Positions 11,928 through 24,520 of a stretch of DNA of 64,000 nucleotides are shown piece by piece. A program made the translations under genes and the position numbers. The first letter of the stretch is position 1. Every line of letters begins with the position of its first letter. Source of the DNA: Phoronis australis. Taxonomy: Eukaryota; Animalia; Phoronida. Below the pieces are notes generated by a model. The model was given only the letters and a program-made list of their open reading frames with translations, ran no database searches and had not been told where the DNA came from. The stretch covers positions 254,172 through 318,171 of the forward strand of contig NMRA01000480.1 in assembly GCA_002633005.1 (NCBI GenBank), in the 5' to 3' direction.

Positions 11928-13414
11928 ATTGGCATGTTGACTTACACCAGTGTGCTGAAATTGAAAAGAATTCCTTGAAAAACGTAATATATACACGCGC
12001 AGAGTAATAAAATTGAAGAAAACCAAGGAACAACAGTACTCTGCGCTTACACGCGCAGAGTAATTAAAGAAAATCTAGGAACAACAGTACTCTGCGCTTA
12101 CACGCGCAGAGTAATAAAATTGAAGAAAACCCAGGAACAACAGTACTCTGCGGTTGCACGCCCAGAGTAATTGCACGCCCAGAGTAATAAGAAGAATAAG
12201 AAGAATAAGAATAAGAATAAGAATAAAATTGAAGAAAACCCAGGAATAACAGTTCTCTGCGCTTGCACAAGCAGAGTAAATACACGTGTATGGCAGATTC
12301 GGCTGGTAGTCGCGTCTACAGTCTCCATGTAAACAAACAGCGACGCCATAGACGAAGCATACATGTCAGTCACAACTTATGTACGGGATTTTTCGAAATA
12401 AGTAATGATCGTCTATGTGGCTTTGAGAGAATGGTACTTCGTAGTTTTGTTTGCTATATGTCTAAAATACGACCTTTTTACGTCGTTTTTGAAAGCTAAT
12501 TACACGTTTCCATAGGCTCCCTATTGGTGGTTAAGGCAACTGAGAACAGGCAAATAGATCGAAGTGCAGTTTGTGTAATGCTTCGTAATCAAAAACTACG
12601 GGAGAGGCAAGATTTTTTATTTTAGATTACGAGAATGTTAGGAATGACTTAACAACTTACTATAAGTTCAGTTTTTAAATAGGTGCAATATGGCTGCTAC
12701 AGAGTGCTAAATTTGGCTGAAAATAGCTTCAGTGAAAACCTTCAAAATAGCCATTTTTGCCGCACAAAATCAAAGCATACAAATTTGAACACGAATTTTG
12801 AAAGATATGCCATCAAATTATTCAATAACAATCCTTTAAAATGGTATCATTCATTTGTTACCAGCTAGCTATTCTTGCTAGTAAATTGCATTCAACATGC
12901 CTACTTTGGCGCCTTATTTTGTTGCAAAATGGAGGTACATGCCATAAAAAGAGAAATAATGGATGGATGAAAATTTTTAAAGAGCAAATTTTTTCTACAT
13001 CGCACAAAACCAAACTCACGTGCTAAGTCTCAAAAATCTGTGATTTTGGGTATAGACTCTTTGTTTTTATATGAAGTCACTCTTAATTTTGTTGAATATA
13101 TTCTGAAACAATTTCGTGCTTAATTAGGTTTTCAAGCTATACTCCCTCACCAATTTACTTCATCAATCACGTACTAACTTTGAGTATGGAAAATAAACTC
13201 AGTTACATGTTGATTTAGTGTATCTAAACTAATCAAGTTAGCGACTATCTAGCTTACCAGGGTATATTTAGCTACGTTGTAACTTATTTTAACAAACTAT
13301 ACTCAGTAACTTGCTAGTTTAGTTTGCCCAACACCACTCAGTGACAGTCTAATTTATCTGATCAAACTGTACCCGCTTACCTTAGTTAAAAGCTAAATTG
13401 GACAGTAACTTTAC

Positions 13415-13459
13415 CTGTTGAAGCCAGACATTGGTTGTCATGATCTGATTTCTTTCGTT
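13415..13459 (-). CDS. nAChR alpha-like subunit, 45-bp exon (loop D)
   Basis: Polypyrimidine-CAG | AAC GAA AGA AAT CAG ATC ATG ACA ACC AAT GTC TGG CTT CAA CAG | GTAAAG, translating NERNQIMTTNVWLQQ. This is the conserved 45-nt phase 0/0 nAChR exon. Not in the ORF track. Confidence 0.95.
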
Positions 13460-15021
13460 CTGAAAAAAAGAGGAAACTGATTAGTTTGCTTTCTAATTTA
13501 ACTGGTTAAGCTAAAGGGATATATTCCAGCATCAGGAAACGTTAAAGGGAACAAAAAGACAACGAAAATTGGGATTGGTCTGGAACATGCTCATCTTAAA
13601 AGCCACGCCTCTTTTTTCAAAACCTGTACAAACGCATTTAACGGGTCACTTCGACGCTGTTTAGCTGTCGACGTTGTCTTGCAAACAGAAGCGCTTTGGG
13701 GATAAGATACGACATCAAAGGCATCTTTAATGCAAAAATAAGGTTTATTTTTCATTGCTCATCTCTATTTATAGCCTTAAGGGTCTACTTTTGTTTTTAT
13801 ACATTTCTCTACGCGACACCTGATTGGTCGCCCATATTTCCTTTGTTCAGTTTAACGTGGTCTAGCTCATTCAGCCACCTACCTCGTCGCCTATGACCAT
13901 CGTGCGGAGTCTTATTTAGTTTTTTTATTTACGTCATAATAAATGACAGTATTCGCAACCCTCCTCTTGTTTTACTCTGCAACATAGCTCGTAGCGTACC
14001 CCGGGCAAAATAGATTACGATAAAAACATTTTTTTTTCTCTCATTACAATCATCCATAACCCCTACATTTTTACAGAGTAGAAGTGCTAGAAACAAAATG
14101 TGGTGTCTGTTTAAGCTTTTTCTTTCACTCTTTCCTACTAAAAATAAAATGACACTGATTGGTCAGTTTTAGGCTTGCCTTTGTTTTAGTCTTGGTGATT
14201 TGGCTAACCAGGAGAAGGCTTTTGAGTAGCATTTCTGAGAGCACCTACGAGTAATTCTAGCTCGACCAACACAGGTTTTCTTGAAACTTTGTGAGCGCCT
14301 GGACTACCCTAAAATATGCTTTAAGACAACTTTGATTTTTTGAGACAAGTCTCGTTTACGTTTTTATGCTGCTCTTGTCAACTTTGCAAGACTATTGAGA
14401 CATCGAAAAAGTTAGGAATGTATCTGACCTAAGATCCAGAAACACGTTTGACATTAAGATACACATTTGGCTTTTCGAATTTTGAAAGGGATGATTTTGG
14501 TCATTTTCAATGAGAAAGGCAGCAAAGGATATGGCATGTGTACGTAATGTTAAAATTTTGGTCCTTTGCCAGCTTACTGGTTAACATGTACTTTTAATGA
14601 GTATTCCTTGCACTATTTGGGTACTCTGATACAGTAGACATCGCAGTTTTAGAAATAGATGCATGACAAGTATCACGATTTGTACATATACATGTTAAGT
14701 ACATTTCAAGGTATTCTGTTTAAGTTGGAAGGTTTTAGGACCATTATAAACCCCAAAAGGGGGTATGGGGGGGAGGGAGCTGTTCCCCCTTTCCTTAACT
14801 CCAGCGATTTTTCTATGTAGTCTGCTCACAACGTTCACTTTAGATTGATAGTGATGGTGCAATAGCCGCGAAGTGTATGGGGCAAGAGTGAAAGTGGTGA
14901 TGATTGTGGAGGTTCGGGGGCAGGGGGTGACTGGTACCTCAACAGACTTCAAAACGCGATTATACTCATACACCGAGGTTTGCTTGTATCACACAGTGTT
15001 ACTCAAATTATTCCTAAAATA

Positions 15022-15280
15022 CATGCGCGCACCCAGGGGCGGGGGGGAGCTCGGGAGGCTCCCCATTTGGTGAAGTGGGCAAAGACGTCCACCCCAGAGA
15101 AACAAAAAGTCCGAGTAAACGAGACAAAAGAGCACTAAAAAGACGCAGACGCACAGTTCACAGTTGGGAACGTGGTACCCCATTTTTGGTGTTTTTTAGT
15201 CCTCCCTATCTTTTGTCAGCAAAAGGTTCACATCGACAGAAACTAGAGCTCCCCCATTTTGAAGGCTAAGTTCGCGCATG
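15022..15280. mobile_element. MITE (CATGCGCGCACCCAG TIR family)
   Basis: CATGCGCGCACCCAG...CTAAGTTCGCGCATG; internal similarity to 22650-22822. Confidence 0.7.
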
Positions 15281-16697
15281 AAATGCATTGTATCCGTATA
15301 GCTGCCTTTGTTAGATAATTCTCATATAACTGGCGTGAAAGTAAAAGTGTCCCCTTGTATAAAACATCCTACTTCCATTTGTTGAAACATGAGCATCCAG
15401 ATAATAGCCGTTGTGCCTGCATAGAAACATTTGCAGGTAAGACATTCTTTACAGTACAATAATCTTGCTATAGAGATGGGTGATATAAAGAGATGCTTTG
15501 GTGAAAGCCTGCAATATGTAAAAACGTCGGAGGATGAAATTTTTAAGTCCAATGACCTAGATCTTGCTGACTAATTAGTGTCAGTAACACGATGGTGGTA
15601 TCCGGGCTGTTGCAAGTAATCTGAAAGATTGGCTGCCAGGTGTTATTTCCGAAATACTCAACATATGAAAAAATGCATTTACTTAAATAGTAACCAATGG
15701 TTCAATTGTTTATTGAAGGGGAATGCCACCCGATTTAAGAGGCAGTCCATATAAAAACCAGTAGATTTTCAAAAATCAGTCTATACGTCAAAATTTAAAA
15801 CAACTTCATTTTTTGTACATGAGTAGGTATCCTAACAGAAACTCAAATGCCAAATTTTGTGCACTCAATGACCCCTAATTTCACCTCTGGAGCATGATAA
15901 CACATTTGGCACAATTGGGCATATTAGCCGTCTCAAAAATTGCATGTTTTCAGCAATAAAAATGCGTAACATACAAAATAGATGAAAAGCTTTTTTTGGT
16001 GGCTGAAATAACCAACGTATAGTGTGCATAATTCTGTGCCATTTATTAAAATCTGACAGTTTTGTGCTAGACAGTTGAGATAATCCACACACCACTTTTT
16101 GGGGCTAATCTTAGTGGCCATTTTCGTAACCTTACTGCCATAAAACACCTTGTAGCCTTATGTGAGGTTTTGAACATAAAGTTAAAGAGTTAGTCTTGAT
16201 GACTGAGCAATAAAAAATCTTGCCTCAACTTTGCACCTTAGTGAAAATTGTCTTGCAAAACTGTCTATTTTCATAGTTTGGAAATGACGAGCAGAGTTTA
16301 CAGACCATTTGAACAAACTTTTAGGCAAGAAGTCTGCTTTAAATAGTTATAGAAAACAAGTCTAAACTCTTTCAAATGAAAACAAGATGTTTTCCGGGTT
16401 TATTACACGGCTAGTATCAAAACTGAACCCGATGACCTTTGCCCACTGAGGGAGTCACAATCTGCTTCTTGGCATAACTCGTTGTACCGTGTCAGAAAAA
16501 TATTGATTAAGTAATTAGGAAGAATATAACCATTTTAAGTTGCCCAAAATTGGTGCATAAGTACTTTTAAATCATAGGGTCAAACTTGTTGACATGTATT
16601 TTAACGTTGAAATCTATTTTTAGATGATGTTTACAGCAGAGGTTCTGGGATCAAAGCACTCTAACTCTAAAGATTCTAGAAATTTCTGAGAGCAAAT

Positions 16698-17375
16698 TGT
16701 AACAGCCAATGATATGATTAGATAAGATCATGTGATTTTTATTTACCAATCACTAAATAAGTAGAATATCATAATATGGGCTAAAATCAAGAAGATATTC
16801 AGATGAGCTATATTAGTTGAAGCATAAAGACTTGCTACAGTGTACAGAGGAAATTGTACAACAGAGCCATCTCGTGGACGATTCTAGAGAGCACCTTGGC
16901 AAGAGTTAACGAACAGTAAGTTAACGAAGACCCTGTCACTTGCATCGTGGGTAGTAAGATACTGCCTGAGGTGTTGCGTCACCAGAGACTGTGACCAGCA
17001 AGAAGAATCGTGGGTAGAAGAAACTGCCTGCAAGTTTTGCGTCACCAGAGACTGTGACCAACAAGTACACTGTCGCAATACAATGTGTGTAGTTCGAAGA
17101 TTCACCAACAGTACTGTCATCCAACAAGTGGAGAGTCCTACAGCTTGGATAGCAGATGAGACATTTGATTATTTTGGTTGATTGATTAAAGTAATCTTTA
17201 AAGAGGGCGCTGGCGTAGGTACTCTTTTTGTAGCTGATTACTTAATTAACAACATGTTTCACTTGTCTAATTGGTGGTTTTCATATAATTAATGGCTTTA
17301 ATCATTCTGTCTCCATCTACGCACAATCTCAAACCATAGCTACCTTTTAAACAAACCCACAGTCAATCTCTGACA
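16698..17375 (+). repeat. Putative 5' LTR of the Gypsy element
   Basis: TGTAACAG...CTCTGACA termini, followed immediately by TTTGGGGGCCAGTCCGG, which resembles the tRNA-Pro primer-binding site (TGGGGGCTCGTCCGG). The left boundary is less certain and no 3' LTR was seen. Confidence 0.6.
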
Positions 17376-18777
17376 TTTGGGGGCCAGTCCGGTAGAGTTT
17401 AAATAAAGGTTTACGTGTTTGTGTTCAACTGTTTTGAATCCAGTAATTATAGTTCGAATATTAATTAATAAGGTGCATTCTGGGAGTAAACCCTTCCTCT
17501 AAAATGTATTTTGAAAAGTATATTGCGCAAGCGAAACAGTTCGGTCATACCGGTGAAGAGTTAAGGAAATGCGCAGAGCTCTTGCTGGCAGGTCTTGGAG
17601 CGTTAAGAGCGTACCCATAAACGGGAACTGGAACAGGCAGAGCGTGCCCATAAACAAGAACAGGACAAGGCAGAGCTTGCAAGAGAACAAGAAAAGCGGG
17701 CCCAAGGGATTGATATTGAGAAGCAGAAGACACTGCAACTCCAGATTGAGCTCAAAACGACACCTAGTGGTGGGGCTGTAAGCAGTGGTGTACGTACCAG
17801 GCGTCACAAACTGCCAAGGTTCGACGAACGCGTCGATGACATCTATGCATTCCTAGCCCGATTTGAGACGTTCGCCACAAGCCAGAAGTGGGATTAATCG
17901 GAGTGGGCTGTGGACTTGAGTCCATTGTTGACAGGTAAAGGTCTACAGGTGCTCAACAACATTCCGTCCGACCAAATTAACAACTACGATCAACTAAAGG
18001 TAGCGCTTATGCACAGGTAAGAATTAATCGAAGACTGGTTCCGACGGAAGTTCAGAGAGTGCAAGCCTGAAAAGGGTGAAAACGTGTTCCAATTCGGGGC
18101 AAGACTCAGAGATTTACTGATCCCAGAGCAGCTTCTGGAAGTTCGCCATCCTAAGATGTCTGTATTCCTGAAGGAAAGGAAACCAAAGACCTTCTATGAG
18201 ATGTCGGCCACTGCTCAACAGTATATGGACGCCCACTTGACGCCCGTTTGTGACAGTTACGTCAACGAAACAAAGGTACGCATTATACGTGACACCGGTT
18301 GCAGTAGTGCAACGGTGAAAACGTCGTTAGTCAAAGATAACCAACTGATTGGGAAACAACACATCTGTGTGTTAATAGATGGGACAGCACGATCCTTTCC
18401 CATAGCGTATCGAGGTAGACACTCCATACTTCGTTGGTGAAATCGAGGTGATGTGTATGCGAACACCAGTCTACTACCTCATCACAAGAAATGCTGTTGG
18501 AGTCAGCAAGGATCCTGGTCCCAATTGGCAGCCACAAGGTAGTGTCATGTCCGCAGTCACTTCTAGAGCACAGGCTAAGAAGAGAGAGAAGCCCATCAAG
18601 CCTTTGGCGGTAACTCAATCCGGAGTAGAAAATCTCGACCTCAGCAAGTTGAAGGACGAGCAAGAACATGATCCTTCCCTAAGTAAACTCATGGAACTTG
18701 TTGAGAAAGACAAACCAGCAAGAACACGTGGTAGAGGTCAATACTGACATGAGAAGCAAAAAGGGCTCCTGTACCAA

Positions 18778-19752
18778 GTGTATGCTGATAGCACCAAAGA
18801 GTTGCGTCAGATAGTTGTCCCAATGAAATATCGACAACAGACCATGACTCTAGCTCACTGGTCAATCGTTGGTGGGCACCTTGGTGTGAATAAGACCAGT
18901 GTTAGAATAGCTAGTAGCTTTTATTGGTCAGGAGTTGGCACTGATGTAAATCATTTCTGGAGATCATGTGACATCTGCCAGCGAACTACTCCTAAGGTGC
19001 CATTGGGTGAGATGCAACGTATGGAAGAACCGTTCCAGCGTATAGCTGTTGATTTAATTGGTCCTGTGTCGTCAATCACAGACAGAGGCAACCGGTACAT
19101 TCTCACCATCGTAGACTACGCCACAAGATACCCAGAGGCAGTACCCCTACACAGAATAAAAACTGAGCGATTCGCAGAAGCACTGTTTGAAACCCGCTGT
19201 AGAATTAGGTTTCTACGAGAGGTGCTTAGTGACTGTGGGAGAAAGTTTACCTCGGAAATAGTGAAAAAAGTTGCACGGCTAATATCCATAAAGCAACTCT
19301 TCACAACTCCGTACAATCCGAAATGCAATGCATTGTGTGAGCGTATTAATGGTGTACTGAAGAGAATGCTTAAGAAAGTTTGTCAAGAACGTCCACAAGA
19401 CTGGGACCGGTGCTTACCAGCAGTACTGTTCGCCTACCGAGGGGTACCACAAGTGAGCACAGGTTTCTCGCCATTTGAACTGTTGTATGGTAGAACGTTG
19501 CGTGGGCCCATACAATTGCTTAAAGAATTGTTGACTGGCAATGAAACACCAGAAGTACAAAATAGTTGTGAGTATGTCCTCGACTTGCGACATCGTCTGG
19601 AAGAGACATGTGAACTGGTGCGGGAAGACTTACGAAATGCTGGTGAACCATACAAGCACCATTATGACAAACAGACACGAGACCGTCGCTTCGAAGTTCG
19701 AGACCAAGTCCTAATATTGTTACCAATCGACAGTAACAAGCTGCTACTGTAG
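18778..19752 (+). pseudogene. Gypsy integrase (H2C2 zinc finger plus rve core)
   Basis: AH..IVGGHLG..KT...CDICQ; IAVDLIGP; ILTIVDYATRYPEAVPL; VLSDCG.KFTS; TTPYNPKCNALCER; GFSPFELLYGR. Confidence 0.92.
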
Positions 19753-22649
19753 TGGAGGGGTCCCTATGAAGTGACTGAGTACTCAACAAAATGGACTACC
19801 GAGTAAGGGTTGGTGGAAAGACCAAGACATACCATGCCAACTTGTTGAAACTATACGTATTTCGTGACCAAAGTGGGGCCTCAAGTAAAGATGATGTAGA
19901 TCAGAATTCTGACATCGCAGCCATAGCTGTACTTCAGCCTGAAATGGACAATGAAGTTGGTGTTGTAGATGATGAACACCTACTGGAGTTGGGATCGACA
20001 AACCAAAAAGAACTATACAAAGATGTCAAGATATCAGACAAGCTCACTAATAGCCAACGAAGGGAGGTGACAAGTCTGCTAGAAGAGCACTTTGACACAC
20101 CATCTATTTGAAATGAAAAGGAGGCTATTTTGGTAATGTCCAGCAGCATTACAACAGCAATAGAAAATAATCTAAAATACTTGATACAAGTAAATCATTG
20201 AACAGTAGAATAAAACTCATATTTTCGGATGAATAACTAAACGCCAGAAATACATGTAGGTTGACATGTGCCGTAAAGATGCTTCAGGCACTTAGAAAGA
20301 AAAACATTATAGGGGAGGGAGGCACATGACGTAGCCAAACTTTTGTCTCCCGGCTGCCCCATCCCCTTTTTCTCCACAGTCGTCCAAAATTCCATCAACA
20401 TATATCAAAATTAGGTGAAACACCAACATCTTCAATTCAGAATTATTACAAATTGACATAACACATGTGGTGCCCTTTTTCATTCGGAGGTCGAGTTTCG
20501 AGTTGCATGAAATTTCAACAAAGCACGAATTTCTGTGACAATTTTTCCCTCGGCGGTTTTGCACCTTCGTCAAGAAAATTTCAAAATGTTTCTGTGTTAA
20601 TATGAAATTTCAATTGTAGTCTGTTACGATTAGTAAGATAATAAGCTTGCGCCTGCAGGTGATAACAGGCCACTGTAACTTGCGGAAAGAAAAGAAAACA
20701 ACATGCCCAGTAACAGATTTCTGGTGCCCGAAATACTGGATGAAAAAGTGAAACACTAGAACACCATCTCCATCGGTGTTTCACTTACCAAACCATTACA
20801 AAAGAATACTTTGGATAAAGCAGTTTCAGTGAAAACTGTCGATGCTAACAAAAACATTGAAACACTTGCAAAACTGCTCAAGCAAGCAGGTAGACTTGCT
20901 GAGTATGATCAATAAAATTAAAGCAATGTGTCTGTTGCAATGGGCCTGTAGAAGGCCTAAGTAATGTGTTAGCTTTTATGTTTTGCGGACTTTATTTCGC
21001 AAAGTTCCCACACCACTGTTCTATTATCATTATTAGCTTGAACCTCAACTTTATTAACAATTGCCAATACTTTGAGCCCCTTGACAACAGTGAAATGGCA
21101 TGTACACGCCTATTAAAGATTTTAACTTCGACAGTAAAGTCTAGAAAGCGAATGCAGCACAAAAATCTTCCTAAATGTTTTCCTAATCGAAAGAAACGTG
21201 TTTATAAAATTCCTTTGGCGAGGATATTTGTAGTGACAAACCACTAGGAATAGTGATTTTGTGTAAATCACGAATAGTGCTCTTCATGTTTGCCAAGCGT
21301 CCATACTTTCTATTCCAGTCAGCGTTATTATTTTTAAACAAAATCTCTGTCACATTTTTGGTTGTTTGTGCAGCACGTTTTGATGCTGCTGTGCCTTGAA
21401 TAAAAATGGTAGTTTTCTTGGCCAATTTAAAAGTTTAACTACTTCTACTCAGAAATAGTTGACAGTGGCGGATTTATAGAGGGGTAAAGGGACAACCGTG
21501 CCGGATTTATAGAGGGGTAAAGGGACAACCGCTCAGGCTGGCTGTGCAAGAGAAGAGTCTCTCTCAGTGGGTCCATTTAACAAGAATAAAGTAAAGGGTG
21601 ACAGTTGATTCCAGCGTTGGTGATGCTCCAAGAAGTACCATTCTTTAACATACAAGGATGTTCGATTTCACTAAAATACGAAAAGAGTAGGATTTGATTC
21701 CATCATCGGGTCTCCCTCCGAGATAACTTCCTTAAGATGAGATGATATCAATAAAATAGGGTGTCCATGGGTGCCATCAAAGAGATGGCGCCTCTTAATA
21801 TGAAAACATACATAATATCAAAAATAGAAAGTGAGGGGAAATTCAAGCTCTGCCCAGGGCTCTTTGCTGACAACGGATTCCTTTGTTGTAAAATGATATA
21901 CAGTTTCAAAAACAAGACAAACAGCGACAGCTAACACCGTTATCCCATGCCAGAGAAGTGAACAAGAGCACCGACTCCTTCAATTAAAAAATAATCCTTA
22001 TTTGCTCTGGAAAGTCTGTGCACAGCAACTTTACTGGGACGTTTTCAGGTGCATTTACGTTATGTTTTTCAAACTAGGGTCACGAAATGTGCCAAACAAG
22101 GTGCCTCTCTTCTACGTGTTTTACTGCAGCCTTCTCTTCTCATCTGCAGCTTCCCCTTTCTACTACACCCTCTGCCGGTAAACACCAAGGTTTTCCTTCT
22201 GGCGCCGGCAAATTATTGAGGGACATGTCCCCTGCGCGCTTCCTACGGACCTGCCCCCTGCAACGCCATTTTTGAATACTATTGTTAAGAAGTGTTTTTC
22301 CGCGACCAAAGTGCTTTCAGCGATACACCATGCACCAAGCAATCTGTATTTGCAATGTCTCTTCATCAGTTTCCTTTATTGTTAAGAATCAGGGCAGTCC
22401 AATTCAGTTTAATCCAGCCACTTGACATCATGAGCAAACAACCTCTATTAGCAGCTGCCTCTATTAGTAGATGTGTTCCTCTGGCGAGGACTGCAGCAAG
22501 TTACTACAATGCGCGATTAATTTCAGCTTACTCTGTGTGTGACGTCGATGATACCTTGTAAGATTATCGTACTGGGGTGACAATAAAAGTGAGGTCTTGA
22601 TCTCAGTACAAATATGCTAAGTAAACTTCTATGTCCGCCTCAGAGAAAC

Positions 22650-22822
22650 AAACTGTTCGAGCAAACGAGACAAAAGTCCACTAAAAAGGCGCGAATGCAG
22701 AATTCATAGCTCTGAACGTGATACCCCGTTTTTTTTTCTATAGTCCCCCGTTTTTATGTTAGTGAAAGGTCCAGAATGTCAAAAATTCAAGCCCCCTATA
22801 TTTTAGGTTGGGTGCGTGCATG
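22650..22822. mobile_element. Partial MITE of the CATGCGCGCACCC family
   Basis: Ends in GGGTGCGTGCATG and shares aaacgagacaaaag..cactaaaaag with ~15117-15141. Confidence 0.6.
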
Positions 22823-22860
22823 TGTGATCGTTTAGACTTTTCACAAAGTCATCTAGTTGA

Positions 22861-24520
22861 AGGAGAATGCCACCCGATTTAATTAGTCTTTTTTACCGTC
22901 TTAATCGGTCTGTATCCACATCTCCTCGCATACGGTCGACCTTACCTTGCCGAGAAGTGTCGCGTTGATCATGTGAGGAAGGTGAGAAACGACGCAGCGA
23001 CGTCAGTGGATCATTTGCAGAGTGAATGCCGCTATGCTGCGGTGCATCGTTTCCGCTTGTCCGATCTATGCAGTTGTGAGGAAATCGGGTATATCGTTTT
23101 ATCGACTTTCTCGAGAGTCACGAAATGCTTAGGAAGTGGCTCGCGGTTGCGAGGAATGAAAAGTACCCTGTTAATAGCAAGTATGACACCGTGAAACATC
23201 TCCGTGTCTGTGGCTTGCATGAGTCGTCGTCAGTGAGTCTGACGAATGCCGGCTTACCAAAAGAACTACCCATACGTTCCGTTGCCTGTGCATGTTCACG
23301 GCGCCTCTCTATAGTATTGCTTAATCACTGTATTCCGGTTCGAATTGACAGCCTGTGAGACTTAACGATCCACCTGCGAAGTCACCGTCGGAAGAGCTCT
23401 CGTCTAAGTCGGGAATGCGAGTTGCCATGTTGACGTTTATTATTCTGCGTTCTGTTTCAAAATGAATTATTCTCACCCTAAACAATGTTTATATATAAAA
23501 CTGAAACAAATTCTGTCTCATTAGATACAGTTTGTCATGCCTTTGGAGTATTCGTGAGTGCAAATGTTTTGAGAAGACAGCAACGCGGCTTCACATGCAA
23601 TTAAGGTAATTGACGGGCCGTGTAAGCACATGCTAATTCAGTCTTTGCTGACAGAAAGCTGTTGTGAAACAATAACTCGATTTTATACGCTATGGTCAGA
23701 TGTTAGGAGAATCTCTATTTAGATATACATTATTCACATCATTGTTACTGTTCAACTTTTGCCCTGACGGTTCTGCAAAAGGACAACTTGACTTCGCGGC
23801 CACCGACAAGTACGTAGATTTTCAGTTTCGTGGCTAATTCAACAAAATAATTACGTGCACATTTCTTCGGGCTCACTAGTATATTCTTTTCGTGACTGGA
23901 GGTTTAGTTTCCAACTTACGCTGATTTATATTCGTGATGTTCTGTCCTGGCGGTCGCGACGGGCCAGTGATCGGGTTCCGAGGTACTGGCTGGCATAACA
24001 AGCGTTTTGTGTGTTTAGAACTGAAAAAAATCGCAAGTCTAAAAGTAAAATACACAGCTATCTTTCATGTTTGTATTTCACGGAAGAATGATGCGAATTT
24101 ATCACCAAACAGACCCAAACTCCCGCGATCGGCCATGAGAAATTGGAGGCTACCGAATCTAGGAGTCTACACTCCTTGACCGAACTCTGTAGGCTACCGT
24201 ACGTTCAAATACCTCTAAATCCGTAACTGTGAAATAGACCAACACGTTTGTTCAAGAACTCGATCTATTTTTAAGGGTTTCACATAGAAATTTGATGATT
24301 TACTGGCGTAGAACGATGCATTCAAGCGATGAGTTGACATCAGTAAGCGTGTTATAAACGGCTGAACAGACTGCGTTCGAATCGATTACGTCATTGGCTA
24401 ATTTCAACACCTCCGTCTGCCGTCAGGTGGCAGGTAAAACAACTGAACTTGCTGTTATCGAGTGGAACTACTCGATCTAAATTGATACAAAATAGGTTGT
24501 TTCTTGGGTGGCATTCTCCT
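22861..24520 (+). mobile_element. Kolobok-type non-autonomous transposon, copy A
   Basis: TTGA|AGGAGAATGCCACCC ... GGGTGGCATTCTCCT|TTAA (15-bp TIR). THAP remnant MLRCIVSAC..SFYRL..RKWL..LRVCG.H starting at 23034. Confidence 0.88.

Larger units (their letters stand above)
8764..12280 (+). mobile_element. Tandem Helentron/HINE-like non-autonomous rolling-circle repeat, interrupted by an ISL2EU-like element
   Basis: Two units begin ACTAGAAAGATTATTG(T/C)CA..TGACAATAAT (stem-loop) at 8764 and 9941. There are internal TGACC-rich subrepeats, an (AAGAAT)n microsatellite, and about four copies of a terminal palindrome TACTCTGCGC-TTAC-ACGCGCAGAGTA at 11995-12280. The family assignment is inferred from structure. 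Confidence 0.6.
16698..20105 (+). mobile_element. Degenerate Gmr1-like Ty3/Gypsy LTR retrotransposon (gag-PR-INT-[RT lost])
   Basis: Coiled coil plus gag KLPRFDE..D.YAFLARFE..A (~17810), protease IIRDTGCS (~18285), integrase zinc finger and core, a GPY motif (19760), then the pre-RT segment VKISDKLTNSQRREVTSLLEEHF. Multiple stops and frameshifts. Confidence 0.9.
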
